A DNA stretch of 64,000 nucleotides from Desulfosudaceae bacterium (lineage in GTDB: Bacteria > Desulfobacterota > Desulfobacteria > Desulfobacterales > Desulfosudaceae), in contig CAXXDV010000003.1 of the NCBI GenBank assembly GCA_963674745.2, forward strand, positions 1,056,001-1,120,000, given 5' to 3'. Shown here one piece after another: positions 37,543 to 47,841 of the stretch. The position numbers were made by a program, and so were the translations under genes. Under the pieces are notes generated by a model that was not told the origin of the DNA, did no database searches, and worked only from the letters and a program-made list of their open reading frames with translations. The first letter of the stretch is position 1. Every line of letters starts with the position of its first letter.

Positions 37543-39321
37543 TTATGATTGTTGAAGTTCAGGAGGGCTGTCCCCGACGCCGAACGCTTTTTTGATCATC
37601 GAGTCAAGCCATGATTCGGGAAACATGATGGCCTGTTTGTTAACAGTGATAAGATCCATTTCGGCCTTATCAACCAGCAGCCTGAATCCGTCAATAAAAT
37701 TAGCGGCCATCTCATCGCATACCTGCTCAAAACTGTCAAAACCGCCCAGGATATACTGCTGGACGATATACGCCAGTGCGTCTTCGGTAATATTGATAAT
37801 GATGTCGTAGTTACTTAAAAAATAGTCCTCAATGTGTTTGGCCTCTTCAAAATAGGCCCTTACGGTTTCAAAAGCGTTATCTATATCCGTGATATTGTTC
37901 ATGTAGAACTCGGAAACAATGTCGATCCGTTCGGGTGTCAGCGTGAAACGATATTTTTTCGCCTGGGTGCGGCACTTGTCCCGGATATGGTCGGACAGGG
38001 ATATTTTATTCTGTCTCCGGATCTGTTCGCACCGGGTTTTCAGGTCCCGGGCATCGGCCGCCATAACCTGTTCGAGTTCCTGCTCGGGAGAAACAATCGT
38101 GGCTTCGTTGACCGGCAGGTAGTTGACCTCGCTTGTGGGCAGCCGGTTTTCAAAATGAATCAGGGCCCGTTCCACGGCGTTGACCAGTCCCCGGGCGCCG
38201 GTTTTTTCTTCAAAGGCATGTCTGGCCAGCATTTTCATGGCGCTGTCATCAAATTTAATGTCAATACCGTAAGCGGCAAAGTCCATTCTTTTGCTCAAGA
38301 TCACCGGATTGCTGGGGTTTTTGAGAATATCAAACAGGTCCTGTTCGGTCAGGTTTTCAAATATGGCCCGCACCGGCAGTCGTCCCACGAATTCGGCCTC
38401 AAACCCGTATTCTGTCAGGTCTTCGGCCTTGATGTGTTTAATGGCCTCATAGGGATCTTCTGTTGAATCGGTTAGTTGTGCGGAAAACCCGATGGATTGC
38501 CGGACAAGTCGCTTGTTGATGATCTCCTGCAGGCCGTTGAAGGATCCGCTCATGATAAACAGGATATTTTTGGTGTTTACCACGCGTTTTTCGCGTTTTC
38601 CGGTCCTGCGGAATGTTTCGACTTCCTGCATGATGGAAACCGGGTCATGGGGCACCTTCATTTCCACATCGATTTCTTCCATCAGGGTCAGCAGGGCCCT
38701 TTGCACACCGCTGCGGGAAACATCCAGCCCGATCAGGTTTTTGCTGGAGGCGATTTTATCGATTTCGTCTATATATACAATGCCATGCTGGGCCAGTTCA
38801 ATATCGTTGCCGGCCTCCCGCACCAGGTCCCTTACCATGTCTTCCACATCGCCGCCCACGTAACCGGTTTCACTGAATTTGGTGGCGTCGCCTTTGACAA
38901 AGGGAACGCCGATCTTCTGCGCGATCAGGCGGATCAAATAGGTTTTGCCGACACCGGTCGGCCCCAGCATAAGGATATTATTCTTGATGGCGCCGACGAT
39001 TTTTTCGTTACTATTCCAGAGATGATGGTGTTTGATGCGGTTGAAGTGGGTACAGATTTTGGTGGCCAGGATTTTTTTGGCACTGTCCTGTTTTATGATG
39101 AACTGATCCAGATAGGCGACCAGTTCTTCGGGTTTTAAATCAAAATTGATTCGCTCACTGATGGGTTTGGGCTTGCGGGGGTCCTCATCGCCTTTGTCCG
39201 GGTCAGGGATCACCACCGGGGTCACCAGTTTAACGTTGTCACCATACTTTTCCTGTAAAAATTCACCGATTTCCTTTTCAATCTTTTTCGGATCCGGCAT
39301 GTTTTCTTTTTTTATATTCAT
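37543..39321 (-). CDS. ClpX-like AAA+ ATPase without N-terminal zinc finger
   Basis: GPTGVGKT, DATKFSETGYVGGDVE, YIDEIDK, IGF loop, EFVGRLP, TGARGL. Confidence 0.88.
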   Translation of the reverse strand: MNIKKENMPDPKKIEKEIGEFLQEKYGDNVKLVTPVVIPDPDKGDEDPRKPKPISERINFDLKPEELVAYLDQFIIKQDSAKKILATKICTHFNRIKHHHLWNSNEKIVGAIKNNILMLGPTGVGKTYLIRLIAQKIGVPFVKGDATKFSETGYVGGDVEDMVRDLVREAGNDIELAQHGIVYIDEIDKIASSKNLIGLDVSRSGVQRALLTLMEEIDVEMKVPHDPVSIMQEVETFRRTGKREKRVVNTKNILFIMSGSFNGLQEIINKRLVRQSIGFSAQLTDSTEDPYEAIKHIKAEDLTEYGFEAEFVGRLPVRAIFENLTEQDLFDILKNPSNPVILSKRMDFAAYGIDIKFDDSAMKMLARHAFEEKTGARGLVNAVERALIHFENRLPTSEVNYLPVNEATIVSPEQELEQVMAADARDLKTRCEQIRRQNKISLSDHIRDKCRTQAKKYRFTLTPERIDIVSEFYMNNITDIDNAFETVRAYFEEAKHIEDYFLSNYDIIINITEDALAYIVQQYILGGFDSFEQVCDEMAANFIDGFRLLVDKAEMDLITVNKQAIMFPESWLDSMIKKAFGVGDSPPELQQS

Positions 39322-39480
39322 AATTTCTTAATTATAACCATTCCCCGATGAAAATCAAGAAACCGCTCATGTCTTTTTGCCGGGCCAAAGTAGGGATGCT
39401 CGTGATTTTAGACGTTTATCATCAGATTCCGGAAAACAGCAGCCTGTTGCCGGACTCAAGGCATGAAAAAGTCTTCAGCG

Positions 39481-39511
39481 TTGACACAAATATTGTATAA
39501 GGATATAAAAT
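39481..39511 (+). promoter_or_regulatory. Sigma70 promoter
   Basis: TTGACA-17 bp-TATAAA upstream of ORF 39540. Confidence 0.6.
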
Positions 39512-39539
39512 AATAAGAAATAATCTATTCAATAGTTTA

Positions 39540-41132
39540 ATGATAAACAAATTCCATATGGCACTGCGGCAGTTTTTTCTGCTGGCAATCATGGCCATGA
39601 TTGCCCTGACCGCCACCGCCATGCCCTCCCGGGCCGAAAGGGAAGGGGTTATGGCCCCGGTCAAACCCGTGCCCGCAGAAATATCCGGGGGTGTTACAGG
39701 AGAAAACAACAGCCGGCCGGTCCGGTTGAAAATAATGCCCCAACAGACCCGGCAGGCGGATATTTTGTCTTTTGCCGGGCCTGTGGTGGTAACGGTTCTG
39801 GATGCTGACGGCAATCCCGTATTCGGTGTGGACGTTTTTTTTACCCCCTCGCTTGAGAATGCCGACTGCAGCGCACCGGATGCCGTTAACAAGGGGCTGA
39901 AGTTTATGGCGCCCGATGACCCCTGCCTGGCAAATGGCTGCCCGGTATACGACCGGTGCGGATCAGGCGAAGTATGTCACCGCCGGACGGACGACAAAGG
40001 CAGGTCCATGGTTTATGTCATTCTGGGCGGTGTGCCCGGTGCGGATTACATGGTCACGGCCGGGTTTACCGGTCAGGACGGGACTCCGGTGACCCGAACG
40101 GCCCGGTTTCATTCAACCGATGTGGCCCGCTGGGTCTGCCTTGACGATACCAGCCCCGGCGGCCATCTGGTGGTGTTTGAGCTGTTTCCTGAGTTCGGCC
40201 CGTATTGCGGCGTACCGGGCGACACCATCGATCTTCGGGCCCATCTGAGGCTGATCATCGAGCAGGAAAAAGAACATGTCATTACCTGTGACTATGGAAA
40301 AAAATGTCCCCACATTTACGGCATCAAAAAATTCACCACAAATTTGAATTATGACGAGGCGCGCCAGGTGTCCTTTGACGCCGACGTGGTCTTTAATCAC
40401 CAGCCCGATCAGGATGTCCGCACAGGTAACGTCTATACCTGCCGGCATACGATTTTACCCGGCGTCAACACCATACCCGTGACGTTTACCGCTACCGTGA
40501 GCCGGGATGTCACGTTTACACCCTGTGAAACCTGCAAGATAACCCGGATGCGAAAAACCGTTAAGGGCGAAGATATCATAACGGTTTACGGTGTCGGCAC
40601 CGGGTTTGTCGACGATCAGGGCGCGGGCATAAGCGAGATGAACGTCCCGGTGAATGAAAATTATCTGGCTGAACAGGAGGCAGGCCTGATCGTTCAAGTC
40701 ACTCCGGCCGAATATACACCAACCAACTGCACGGTCGTCATTTACAAGGACAGCGAACCCGTCAGCCGTATTCCGGTGGATATCATAGACGGCCGGGGCA
40801 GGGCGGCAATCGAGCCAGGCTTTGCCTTTGAGCAAACCGCCGCGTACACGGCCGGTATCTACGTCGACAACGGTATCCAAAATTCATGGCACCTGGAAAC
40901 ACCGGCCGACAAACGGCTGACCATAAAACCGTTCCGGCCCGATCCCGAACCCTGTAACGACGGACCGGCCGCAGATGTTGTAGGGGCAGGCCCCCGTGCC
41001 TGCCCGGCAGAAGGGCAACCACAGGGGGTTGCCCCTACCGGAGAGATGCCGTACGATCGTCGGGTGCTGCAGGTTGTGTCGCAATCCTTTATTTGGAAAA
41101 AACATAACGAAAATGGGTGCCACGGCCCGTAG
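39540..41132 (+). CDS. Exported Cys-rich protein with invasin-type Ig-like domain; 3' end runs through a REP doublet
   Basis: Signal peptide; VVVTVLDADGNPVFGVDVFF...TDDKGR; tail VGAGPRACP...GVAPT is REP-encoded. Confidence 0.65.
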   Translation: MINKFHMALRQFFLLAIMAMIALTATAMPSRAEREGVMAPVKPVPAEISGGVTGENNSRPVRLKIMPQQTRQADILSFAGPVVVTVLDADGNPVFGVDVFFTPSLENADCSAPDAVNKGLKFMAPDDPCLANGCPVYDRCGSGEVCHRRTDDKGRSMVYVILGGVPGADYMVTAGFTGQDGTPVTRTARFHSTDVARWVCLDDTSPGGHLVVFELFPEFGPYCGVPGDTIDLRAHLRLIIEQEKEHVITCDYGKKCPHIYGIKKFTTNLNYDEARQVSFDADVVFNHQPDQDVRTGNVYTCRHTILPGVNTIPVTFTATVSRDVTFTPCETCKITRMRKTVKGEDIITVYGVGTGFVDDQGAGISEMNVPVNENYLAEQEAGLIVQVTPAEYTPTNCTVVIYKDSEPVSRIPVDIIDGRGRAAIEPGFAFEQTAAYTAGIYVDNGIQNSWHLETPADKRLTIKPFRPDPEPCNDGPAADVVGAGPRACPAEGQPQGVAPTGEMPYDRRVLQVVSQSFIWKKHNENGCHGP

Positions 41133-41184
41133 GGGCGACCGGCGGGTCGCCCGCGTGCAAGGGCGACCCGCCGGTCGCCCCTAC
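40980..41184. repeat. Two REP doublets of different classes
   Basis: 40980-41038 (GCAGGC/GCAACC class) and 41129-41184 (GCGACC class). Confidence 0.88.
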
Positions 41185-41271
41185 ACCCGTGGCACCCGTT
41201 AAAGAAATACCCACATGGCCGGGATGGTGAAATGACCGGGCCGACACATCAGGACAGAAAAGGAGAAACAC

Positions 41272-42255
41272 ATGTCCCGGGGAAGACAGATGACGCGCCA
41301 GTGGCGCATTCTTCAGAAACTGGCGGCCAGCCCGCTGGGCGCCACCATTGATGAAATGGCCGACGAGATGGACTGCTGCCGCAGGACCCTGTACCGCGAC
41401 CTGGACGCGCTGCAGGAAGCGGGCTTTCCCGTGTACAATCCCGGTACCAGCGGCCGCAAGAACTGCTGGGCCCTTTTGTCCACAGAGCGCATGGGCCTGC
41501 CGTTTCCCCTGGAACTGCCGGAACTCATGGCCCTTTACCTGGGCCGGGATGTGCTCAAGATATTAAAAGACACCTTTATTTATGACAACCTGGACACCCT
41601 GTTTAAAAAGATCCAGGCCATTCTGCCGACCGAAGCCATGGACTTTTTAAAAGAGATGGAAAACACGCTTTACGTCAGGCAGCGGCCGTCCAAGCATTAC
41701 AAAAAAAGCCTGACCGGCCTGTTCGACGCCATCAACCAGGCCATTGCCGATCGCCGTGTCATGGATATTACCTATTTTACCATGAGCCGGGGCAAGTCTA
41801 CTCAGCGGCAGATCGATCCCTACAGCCTGTGGTACTTTGACGGCAGTTTCTATCTGCTCGGCAATTGCCACCTGAGAAACGAGGTCCGGGTGTTTGCCGT
41901 TGACCGCATGGAAGACTATCAACTTTGCCCGGAAACCTTTGAGCGGCCGGCCGATTTTTCCGGCCGGGAATTCATGCGCACCAGTTTCGGCGCTTTCCAG
42001 GGAAAGCCCACCCGGGTGAAAATCCGGTTTTCCCCGCAGGTGGCCGGTTATGTCAAAGAAAAGGAGTGGCATGAATCCCAGGTGTTGTCCGAAAACCGCG
42101 ACGGTTCGGTGGAGCTGGAAATGGAAGTGGCCGGCACCCGTGAGATCAAGCTCTGGGTCATGGGCTGGGGCGCCCAGGCCGTGGTGCTGGAGCCCGAGAG
42201 CCTGAGAAAAGAGATTCGGGACGAGATTAAAGCCATGCAGGGGCAATACAAGTGA
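41272..42255 (+). CDS. HTH-WYL-WCX transcriptional regulator (PafB/YafY-like)
   Basis: RRTLYRDLDALQEAGFP; IDPYSLW...FYLLG.C..R..VRVFAVDRM; WVMGWG...VLEPESLR. Confidence 0.92.
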   Translation: MSRGRQMTRQWRILQKLAASPLGATIDEMADEMDCCRRTLYRDLDALQEAGFPVYNPGTSGRKNCWALLSTERMGLPFPLELPELMALYLGRDVLKILKDTFIYDNLDTLFKKIQAILPTEAMDFLKEMENTLYVRQRPSKHYKKSLTGLFDAINQAIADRRVMDITYFTMSRGKSTQRQIDPYSLWYFDGSFYLLGNCHLRNEVRVFAVDRMEDYQLCPETFERPADFSGREFMRTSFGAFQGKPTRVKIRFSPQVAGYVKEKEWHESQVLSENRDGSVELEMEVAGTREIKLWVMGWGAQAVVLEPESLRKEIRDEIKAMQGQYK

Positions 42256-42619
42256 TTAGGTGGTTATGTGTTTAAGTGGTTAAGGGGACGGGGTTCGAGG
42301 GGTGGCACGGGCGTAGGGGCGACCGGCGGGTCGCCCTCGCACAAGGGCGACCCGCCGGTCGCCCCTACGGGCCTTGGAGAGCGTTCATTAGTGTTGTAGG
42401 GGCAGGCCCCCGTGCCTGCCCGGCAAAAGGGCAACCACAGGGGGTTGCCCCTACGAGGCCTGAGATAAAAGGACAACCATAGAAGGATGTCCCTATTAAT
42501 ACTGAAAGCCATATACCACCTAACCACATAATCACCTAACCACATAATCACTTAACCACATAATCACTTAACCACATAATTCTAAAACTCTAAAACTCTA
42601 AAACCCCCGCGAAGCGGGC
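42252..42619. repeat. Composite intergenic repeat module
   Basis: GT-strand 8-mers, REPINs 42313-42368 and 42396-42454, AC-strand 8-mers 42513-42606, CCCGCGAAGCGGG. Confidence 0.85.
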
Positions 42620-42707
42620 CAACCCCGAACCCCCGATCATTGACACACAAGGCCGTCCCTGCTACAGATGATGAGCATAAAACCAATTGCTTATTTGACC
42701 TGATAAC

Positions 42708-43766
42708 ATGTTAAAATTTAACGTTCCATTCCTGCCCGATGAAACCTATATAAACTTTCTCAACGCAAAGAAAGATGTCCTCCACTCCTGTCACTACAGT
42801 CTTCACGATCATCTGGCACTCGACGGCAGACACAAGACACGGGTGCTGGATATTGAAACCCTTGCGAAATACCTGGGTGAACTCGAAATCCCCAAAAAAT
42901 ATCTTCTGTTGAACACCCGGGTTTATCCCCCGGCCGCCTATACAGAACAGCATGCGTTGAAGGATGTTTTAGACCGGTTATCCCGGCTCGTCGACCAATC
43001 GGTAATCAGCGGCATCGTTTATGCCGACCAGTACCTCATTCAGGCCATCTCATCGGCCGGCCCGGACCTTTCCGGAATGCTGGAAGCGGTTCCCAGCGTG
43101 AACTGCATGATCGATTCCTACGAAAAATTCCTGGCATATCTTGACATCCTTGATACCACCCATTTTAAATCGCCCGGCAAACTTACCCTCGACCGGTCGT
43201 TAAACAGGCGAATGGCCGATCTGTCCGCCATTTCGGAAAATATTCAAAAACACCATCCGGGCGTTGGCATCGAACTGCTCGCAAACGAAGGGTGCATTTA
43301 TCAATGCCCGTTCAAACCGGCCCATGACGCGCACATTTCCTTGCGGGACATTTGCGGCGGCGTGGATACCTTTCATGTCAATCGCACCTTCGGGTGCACG
43401 CAGTATTTTCTGGACCACCCGCATTGTCTCTTCAAATCGCCGTTTATCCGGCCCGAAGATACGGATGCCTACAGCCAGGTGGCGGATATTATCAAGATCT
43501 GCGGCAGAACCCTCGGCGCATCATTTTTAATAAAGGTGATTACGGCTTACATTGAACACAAATTTGAGGGAAACCTGCTTTCGTTAATGGATGCGACAGA
43601 CTTTCTCGCCGATCATTTTTATGTGGATAATCACCGGTTGCCGAAAACGTTTCTGAACACAATGACCACGTGTGATAAATCCTGCCGGACCTGCAACTAT
43701 TGCAAAGACCTGTTCCAAACCCATGTGAGACGGCAGAATAACGTTTTTAAGGAACTGCCCGGGTAA
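42708..43766 (+). CDS. Peptidase-U32-like (probable Fe-S) protein
   Basis: LLLN, SVN, LDRSLNR, ELLANEGCIYQCP, SPFIRPED, KICGR; C-terminal CxxxCxxCxxC. Confidence 0.7.
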   Translation: MLKFNVPFLPDETYINFLNAKKDVLHSCHYSLHDHLALDGRHKTRVLDIETLAKYLGELEIPKKYLLLNTRVYPPAAYTEQHALKDVLDRLSRLVDQSVISGIVYADQYLIQAISSAGPDLSGMLEAVPSVNCMIDSYEKFLAYLDILDTTHFKSPGKLTLDRSLNRRMADLSAISENIQKHHPGVGIELLANEGCIYQCPFKPAHDAHISLRDICGGVDTFHVNRTFGCTQYFLDHPHCLFKSPFIRPEDTDAYSQVADIIKICGRTLGASFLIKVITAYIEHKFEGNLLSLMDATDFLADHFYVDNHRLPKTFLNTMTTCDKSCRTCNYCKDLFQTHVRRQNNVFKELPG

Positions 43767-43770
43767 GACG

Positions 43771-44043
43771 AGGTGATTAAGTGTTGATGTGATTAAGTGA
43801 TTATGTGATTAAGGGGCCGGGGTTACCTGCCTCGCAAGAGTTTCAGGGTGTTATGATTCAGGTTTTAGGGGCTGTGGGGAATGTTCATAAATAATGTAGG
43901 GGCAGGCCCCCGTGCCTGCCCGGTGAAGGGCAACCACAGGGGGTTGCCCCTACAGGCGCATAAATTACCGAGGCCTAAAATGTTAACACTCTAAAACCCT
44001 GAAACTTTAACACTTTAAAAACTTAAAACCCCCGCGAAGCGGC
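43771..44043. repeat. Composite intergenic repeat module
   Basis: GTGATTAA 8-mers, REPIN from 43896, TAAAACxx 8-mers, CCGCGAAGCGG. Confidence 0.82.
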
Positions 44044-44049
44044 CGAACT

Positions 44050-45558
44050 TCAAACCTCCTTCGACGCATGAACGCCCGGTATTTTGTCAAACCAGGGCCG
44101 GGCTTCTTCCAGTTGGCCGGCCAGCTGGAACAGGGTTGTCTCATCGCCGAAAGGGGCCACAAACTGGGAGCCGCAGGGCAGGCCGTCGGCCGTCCAGTAC
44201 AGGGGGACGGACATGGCCGGCAGGCCGCACAGGTTGGCCAGTTGCGTGAAAGGCGTGGGCGCCAGGTTTTTATAGCCTGTTTTTTCGATCATGCCCGACA
44301 GGATCAGCAGCTTTTCCAGCTTTAAGGTGTGAATGACGGAAGAACCGAATTTCTCAAAGGATGACAACTTGTTCTCGCCGATCAGGGGCGGTATATCGGC
44401 GGCCGTCGGAATCAGGTAAAGATCATACCGGGAAAAGTAATCGGCCATGGCCATGGCCGCCCGGTGCCATTGCCGTTTGGCTTTGACAAAGTCACAGGCG
44501 GTAAAGGTTCGCCCCAGCTTGCTGATGGTCCATGTCAGGGCCTCCATATCCGCCGGTTTGGCCTTCCGTTTAAGATAATCACTTATTTCGTCGACATCCG
44601 CGGCCACTTCCCCGTAGTACATGATGAAATAACTCATGGCCAGGGCCTTGCCGTCAACCGCCGGTTCCGCCTCTTCGACGACATGTCCCAGGTCGGTCAA
44701 CAGGCCGGCCGTGCTTTCAATGGCCCGGACGCAGTCATCATGAACCGGTGTGCCTAGGGGCGAACGCGTGCATAAACCGATTTTCAACTGACCGACACGG
44801 CTTTTGACCGCTTCCAGGTAAGGCGTTTCCGGTTCGGGGATAATAAAAGGCGCGCCTTTTTCCGCCCCCCGGACGGCGTCCAGCATGGCGGCACTGTCGC
44901 GAACCGACCGGGTCAGCACATGCTCCTGGGCCGCTCCCTGCCAGTGTTCACCTTGCTGCGGACCGGCGGGAACCCGTCCCCGACTGGGTTTTAACCCGAA
45001 CAGCCCGCACCATCCCGAAGGAATACGAATGGAACCGCCTCCGTCCCCGCCCGATGCCATGGGCACCATGCCCGATGCCACGGCCGCGGCGGACCCGCCG
45101 CTGGAACCGCCCGGCGTCCTGTCCGGGCTCCAGGGGTTTTTCGTGGGGCCGTGAAGCTCCGGTTCCGTCACACCCATCAACCCGAATTCCGGGGTATTGG
45201 TTTTGCCCAGCACAACCACACCGGACCGCTTGAACCGTGTGACCAGTTCGCTGTCATAGTCGGGAATGTAGTTCTGATAAGCCTTGCAGCTGTTTGTCAG
45301 CGGTGCTCCGGCATAGGCGGCGATCAGATCCTTGAGCAGGAAAGGCACGCCTTCAAACGGACCCGGTGGTAAATGATTTTCGATTGTCTTTCGGGCATTG
45401 TCATACATGGAATGAATGACAGCATTGAGTTCGGGGTTGACGGCCTCGATCCGTTTGATTGCTTCTTTGCAGAGTTCGGACGGGGTGACGGATTTGTTTT
45501 TAACCAGTTCCGCCAGGCCAAGGGCGTCATACCGGTGGTATTCCTGGAAACCGGCCAT
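44050..45558 (-). CDS. Amidase-signature family amidase
   Basis: GVPFLLKDL, GKTNTPEFG, PGGSSGGSAAAVA, GGDGGGSIRIP. Confidence 0.95.
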   Translation of the reverse strand: MAGFQEYHRYDALGLAELVKNKSVTPSELCKEAIKRIEAVNPELNAVIHSMYDNARKTIENHLPPGPFEGVPFLLKDLIAAYAGAPLTNSCKAYQNYIPDYDSELVTRFKRSGVVVLGKTNTPEFGLMGVTEPELHGPTKNPWSPDRTPGGSSGGSAAAVASGMVPMASGGDGGGSIRIPSGWCGLFGLKPSRGRVPAGPQQGEHWQGAAQEHVLTRSVRDSAAMLDAVRGAEKGAPFIIPEPETPYLEAVKSRVGQLKIGLCTRSPLGTPVHDDCVRAIESTAGLLTDLGHVVEEAEPAVDGKALAMSYFIMYYGEVAADVDEISDYLKRKAKPADMEALTWTISKLGRTFTACDFVKAKRQWHRAAMAMADYFSRYDLYLIPTAADIPPLIGENKLSSFEKFGSSVIHTLKLEKLLILSGMIEKTGYKNLAPTPFTQLANLCGLPAMSVPLYWTADGLPCGSQFVAPFGDETTLFQLAGQLEEARPWFDKIPGVHASKEV

Positions 45559-45618
45559 ACGTTCCTCCCAAAAAAATAAATAAATATTTAACGAGTCGAT
45601 TCGGGCGCGGGCTCACCT

Positions 45619-45729
45619 GTAGAGCACCTCCCTGTGGTTGCCCTTTTACCGGGCAGGCACGGGGGCCTGCCCCTACATTGTTTGTGAACACCTACCCCGG
45701 CCTGTAGGGGCAACCCCCTGTGGTTGCCC
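45619..45729. repeat. Degenerate REP doublet plus single REP
   Basis: GTAG...GCCCCTAC 45619-45676; GTAGGGGCAACC...GGTTGCCC 45703-45729. Confidence 0.75.
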
Positions 45730-45753
45730 TTTCATTTCGGCCGAAGAGGGAAA

Positions 45754-46449
45754 TTATGTTTTTTTCGGGGCAGGAAACAACTCTTTCAAGGTCGGGGTAA
45801 ACAGGTACACCAGGCATTTTTTGACCCATTTGCGAAATTCCGGGCCATTGGGGTCCATGTTGAGCACCTTGCAATGATAAGGCGCTGCCCCGACAAAGCT
45901 GATCAGCAGGTTAAGAACACCGTAAAACCAGACGACAATATTATCTACACTTTTTTCCATTCTCAGTTCGTTGATCAGGATACCGCCGCCGGCAAAAACA
46001 TATTTGGAAAACGATTCAAAGGCCGGTGCGGTTTCCTTGGAGTCGGCTTCGCCGGCGTTTTTCATCAGGATCTGGAGCATGTCCGGGTTTTCAAAAAAAC
46101 AGTCCAGTGCCCGGTCGAGAAACCAGGAGAAGCCTTCTCCCGGCGGCATTTTCTGAACATCTTTGAGCCAGCCGGTGAACTCCTTGAGCAGTTCTTCGCT
46201 TACCTGTGAGGCCACTGCGCCGAACAGTTCGGACTTGGTAAAATAATGGTTGATCAGGGAAAAGTGAAAGCCGCCTTCTTCGGCGATCATGCGGATACTG
46301 GCCTTATGGTAGGGATAACGGGCAAATACCTTGCGGGCTGACGTAATGATCATGGCCCGGGTGGCGTCACTTTTGGATGCATGATCCGTATCCCGGGTAC
46401 GGGTACTCTTTTTTAATTTGGAGCGCCTGCTCGTTTTCTTGAATTTCAT
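45754..46449 (-). CDS. TetR-family regulator
   Basis: ASIRMIAEEGGFHFSLINHYFTKSELF; start probably ATG 46449. Confidence 0.85.
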   Translation of the reverse strand: MKFKKTSRRSKLKKSTRTRDTDHASKSDATRAMIITSARKVFARYPYHKASIRMIAEEGGFHFSLINHYFTKSELFGAVASQVSEELLKEFTGWLKDVQKMPPGEGFSWFLDRALDCFFENPDMLQILMKNAGEADSKETAPAFESFSKYVFAGGGILINELRMEKSVDNIVVWFYGVLNLLISFVGAAPYHCKVLNMDPNGPEFRKWVKKCLVYLFTPTLKELFPAPKKT

Positions 46450-46541
46450 ATTTACATGATAATCCCGGATAAACGGTTTTGTCAACAAGGTTGTTAAATA
46501 GAAAATCAAATTAAATCCCATAGATGGAAAAAGACCCCAAA

Positions 46542-46615
46542 TTTTTGTGTACACACGTACAAAAAATACTTGACATGTTCCGGAGACAGATTATTATACA
46601 TATGTACAAAAAAAA
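46542..46615 (+). promoter_or_regulatory. Sigma70 promoter with two palindromic operators
   Basis: TGTAC-ACAC-GTACA 46548-46561 and TATAC-ATAT-GTACA 46595-46608 around TTGACA 46570-46575 and TATTAT 46592-46597. Confidence 0.7.
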
Positions 46616-46698
46616 TTGGCCAAATTGTACACTGCGAAACGACGAATGATCGTCACCGGAACAAATCAGTTTAATTGACAAAACTGGAGGAAACGAAA

Positions 46699-47268
46699 AT
46701 GGCAGAGCAAACCATCACCATCACCGTCGATGTAAAAGAACTGTTAACCGGATTTATCCCCAAACTGGCAAAGCAATACATGGCCCTTGGCGGGCTGGCC
46801 GAAGAATTAAAAGGTACGGAACTGACGTTGAACGTGGATGTCTCCGGCCAGGTGTACGGTTATCACATCAAGGACGGCGTTGATTTTGATGTCACCGAAG
46901 GTGCCCTGGACAACCCCATGGTGCAACTGGGTATCTCCCTTGAAACCATGGAAAAACTGGCGGACATGAAAAATATCGATATGCTGATCAACATGCAGGG
47001 CCAGTTGAGCAAGCAAAAGAACGATGTAATAAAAGGCCTGAAGGGTACCGGCGTTTTCCAGTTGAAAAACGGTGACGGTGCTCCGGCCGAGATTACGGCC
47101 ACCTTCAACGGCGCCGAAACGCCCAAAGCCACGATTTCCCTGGCCATGGAAGACGCTGCTGCCGTCAGCAGCGGGCAGGAATCGCCCATTCAGCTGTTCA
47201 TGAACGGGCGCCTGGGCATCGAGGGCGATATGTCCTTTGCCATGGGGCTGCAGCCGTTGTTGACATAA
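46699..47268 (+). CDS. SCP2 lipid-binding domain protein (probably tandem SCP2)
   Basis: C-terminal SPIQLFMNGRLGIEGDMSFAMGL; RBS GGAGG. Confidence 0.8.
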   Translation: MAEQTITITVDVKELLTGFIPKLAKQYMALGGLAEELKGTELTLNVDVSGQVYGYHIKDGVDFDVTEGALDNPMVQLGISLETMEKLADMKNIDMLINMQGQLSKQKNDVIKGLKGTGVFQLKNGDGAPAEITATFNGAETPKATISLAMEDAAAVSSGQESPIQLFMNGRLGIEGDMSFAMGLQPLLT

Positions 47269-47340
47269 TTCTGCTAAAGACCCGGATTGGGCTTAAAGCA
47301 CCGCATTTCGTCTGACCTGGGAATGCGTCTCGGCGCAAAA

Positions 47341-47754
47341 GTGGTTAAGTGTTTAAGTGATTAAGGGTTGAGTTGATTGAGTGCTTGTTTGAATGATGTA
47401 GGGACGGCCTTGCAGCCGTCCCTACATTGTATTTTGGTGTTTATGTGTTTAAGGGGGCGGGTGTGTTCCTGTAGGGGCGACCGGCGGGTCGCCCATGTGC
47501 AAGGGCGACCCGCCGGTCGCCCCTACGGTTTGTGATGATCGTTCATGAACATTGTAGGGGCAAGCCCCCGTGCCTGCCCGGTGAAGGGCACCCACAGGGG
47601 GGTGCCCCTACATAACCCCTAACCACATTACCACCTAACCACCTAATCACCTAACCACATAACCACCTAACCACATAACCACTTAACCACTTAACCACTT
47701 AACCACTTAATCACATAATCACATAATCACATAATCACATAATCACATAATCAC
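47341..47754. repeat. Composite intergenic repeat module
   Basis: GT 8-mers, three REP classes (47398, 47472, 47554), about 17 AC-strand 8-mers 47620-47754. Confidence 0.85.
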
Positions 47755-47841
47755 CCGAACCGATAAAAACCCTGGACTTAATAAAACCTGATGTTCGATA
47801 ATAATGAAAATCAGCAAAGAACCCACAAGAGGGAGTCATAA

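Noticed and set aside
35707..39138. Plus-strand ORFs of 334, 210 and 220 aa
   Set aside because: Antisense to hemB, ahbC and the ClpX-like gene, which have clear motifs.
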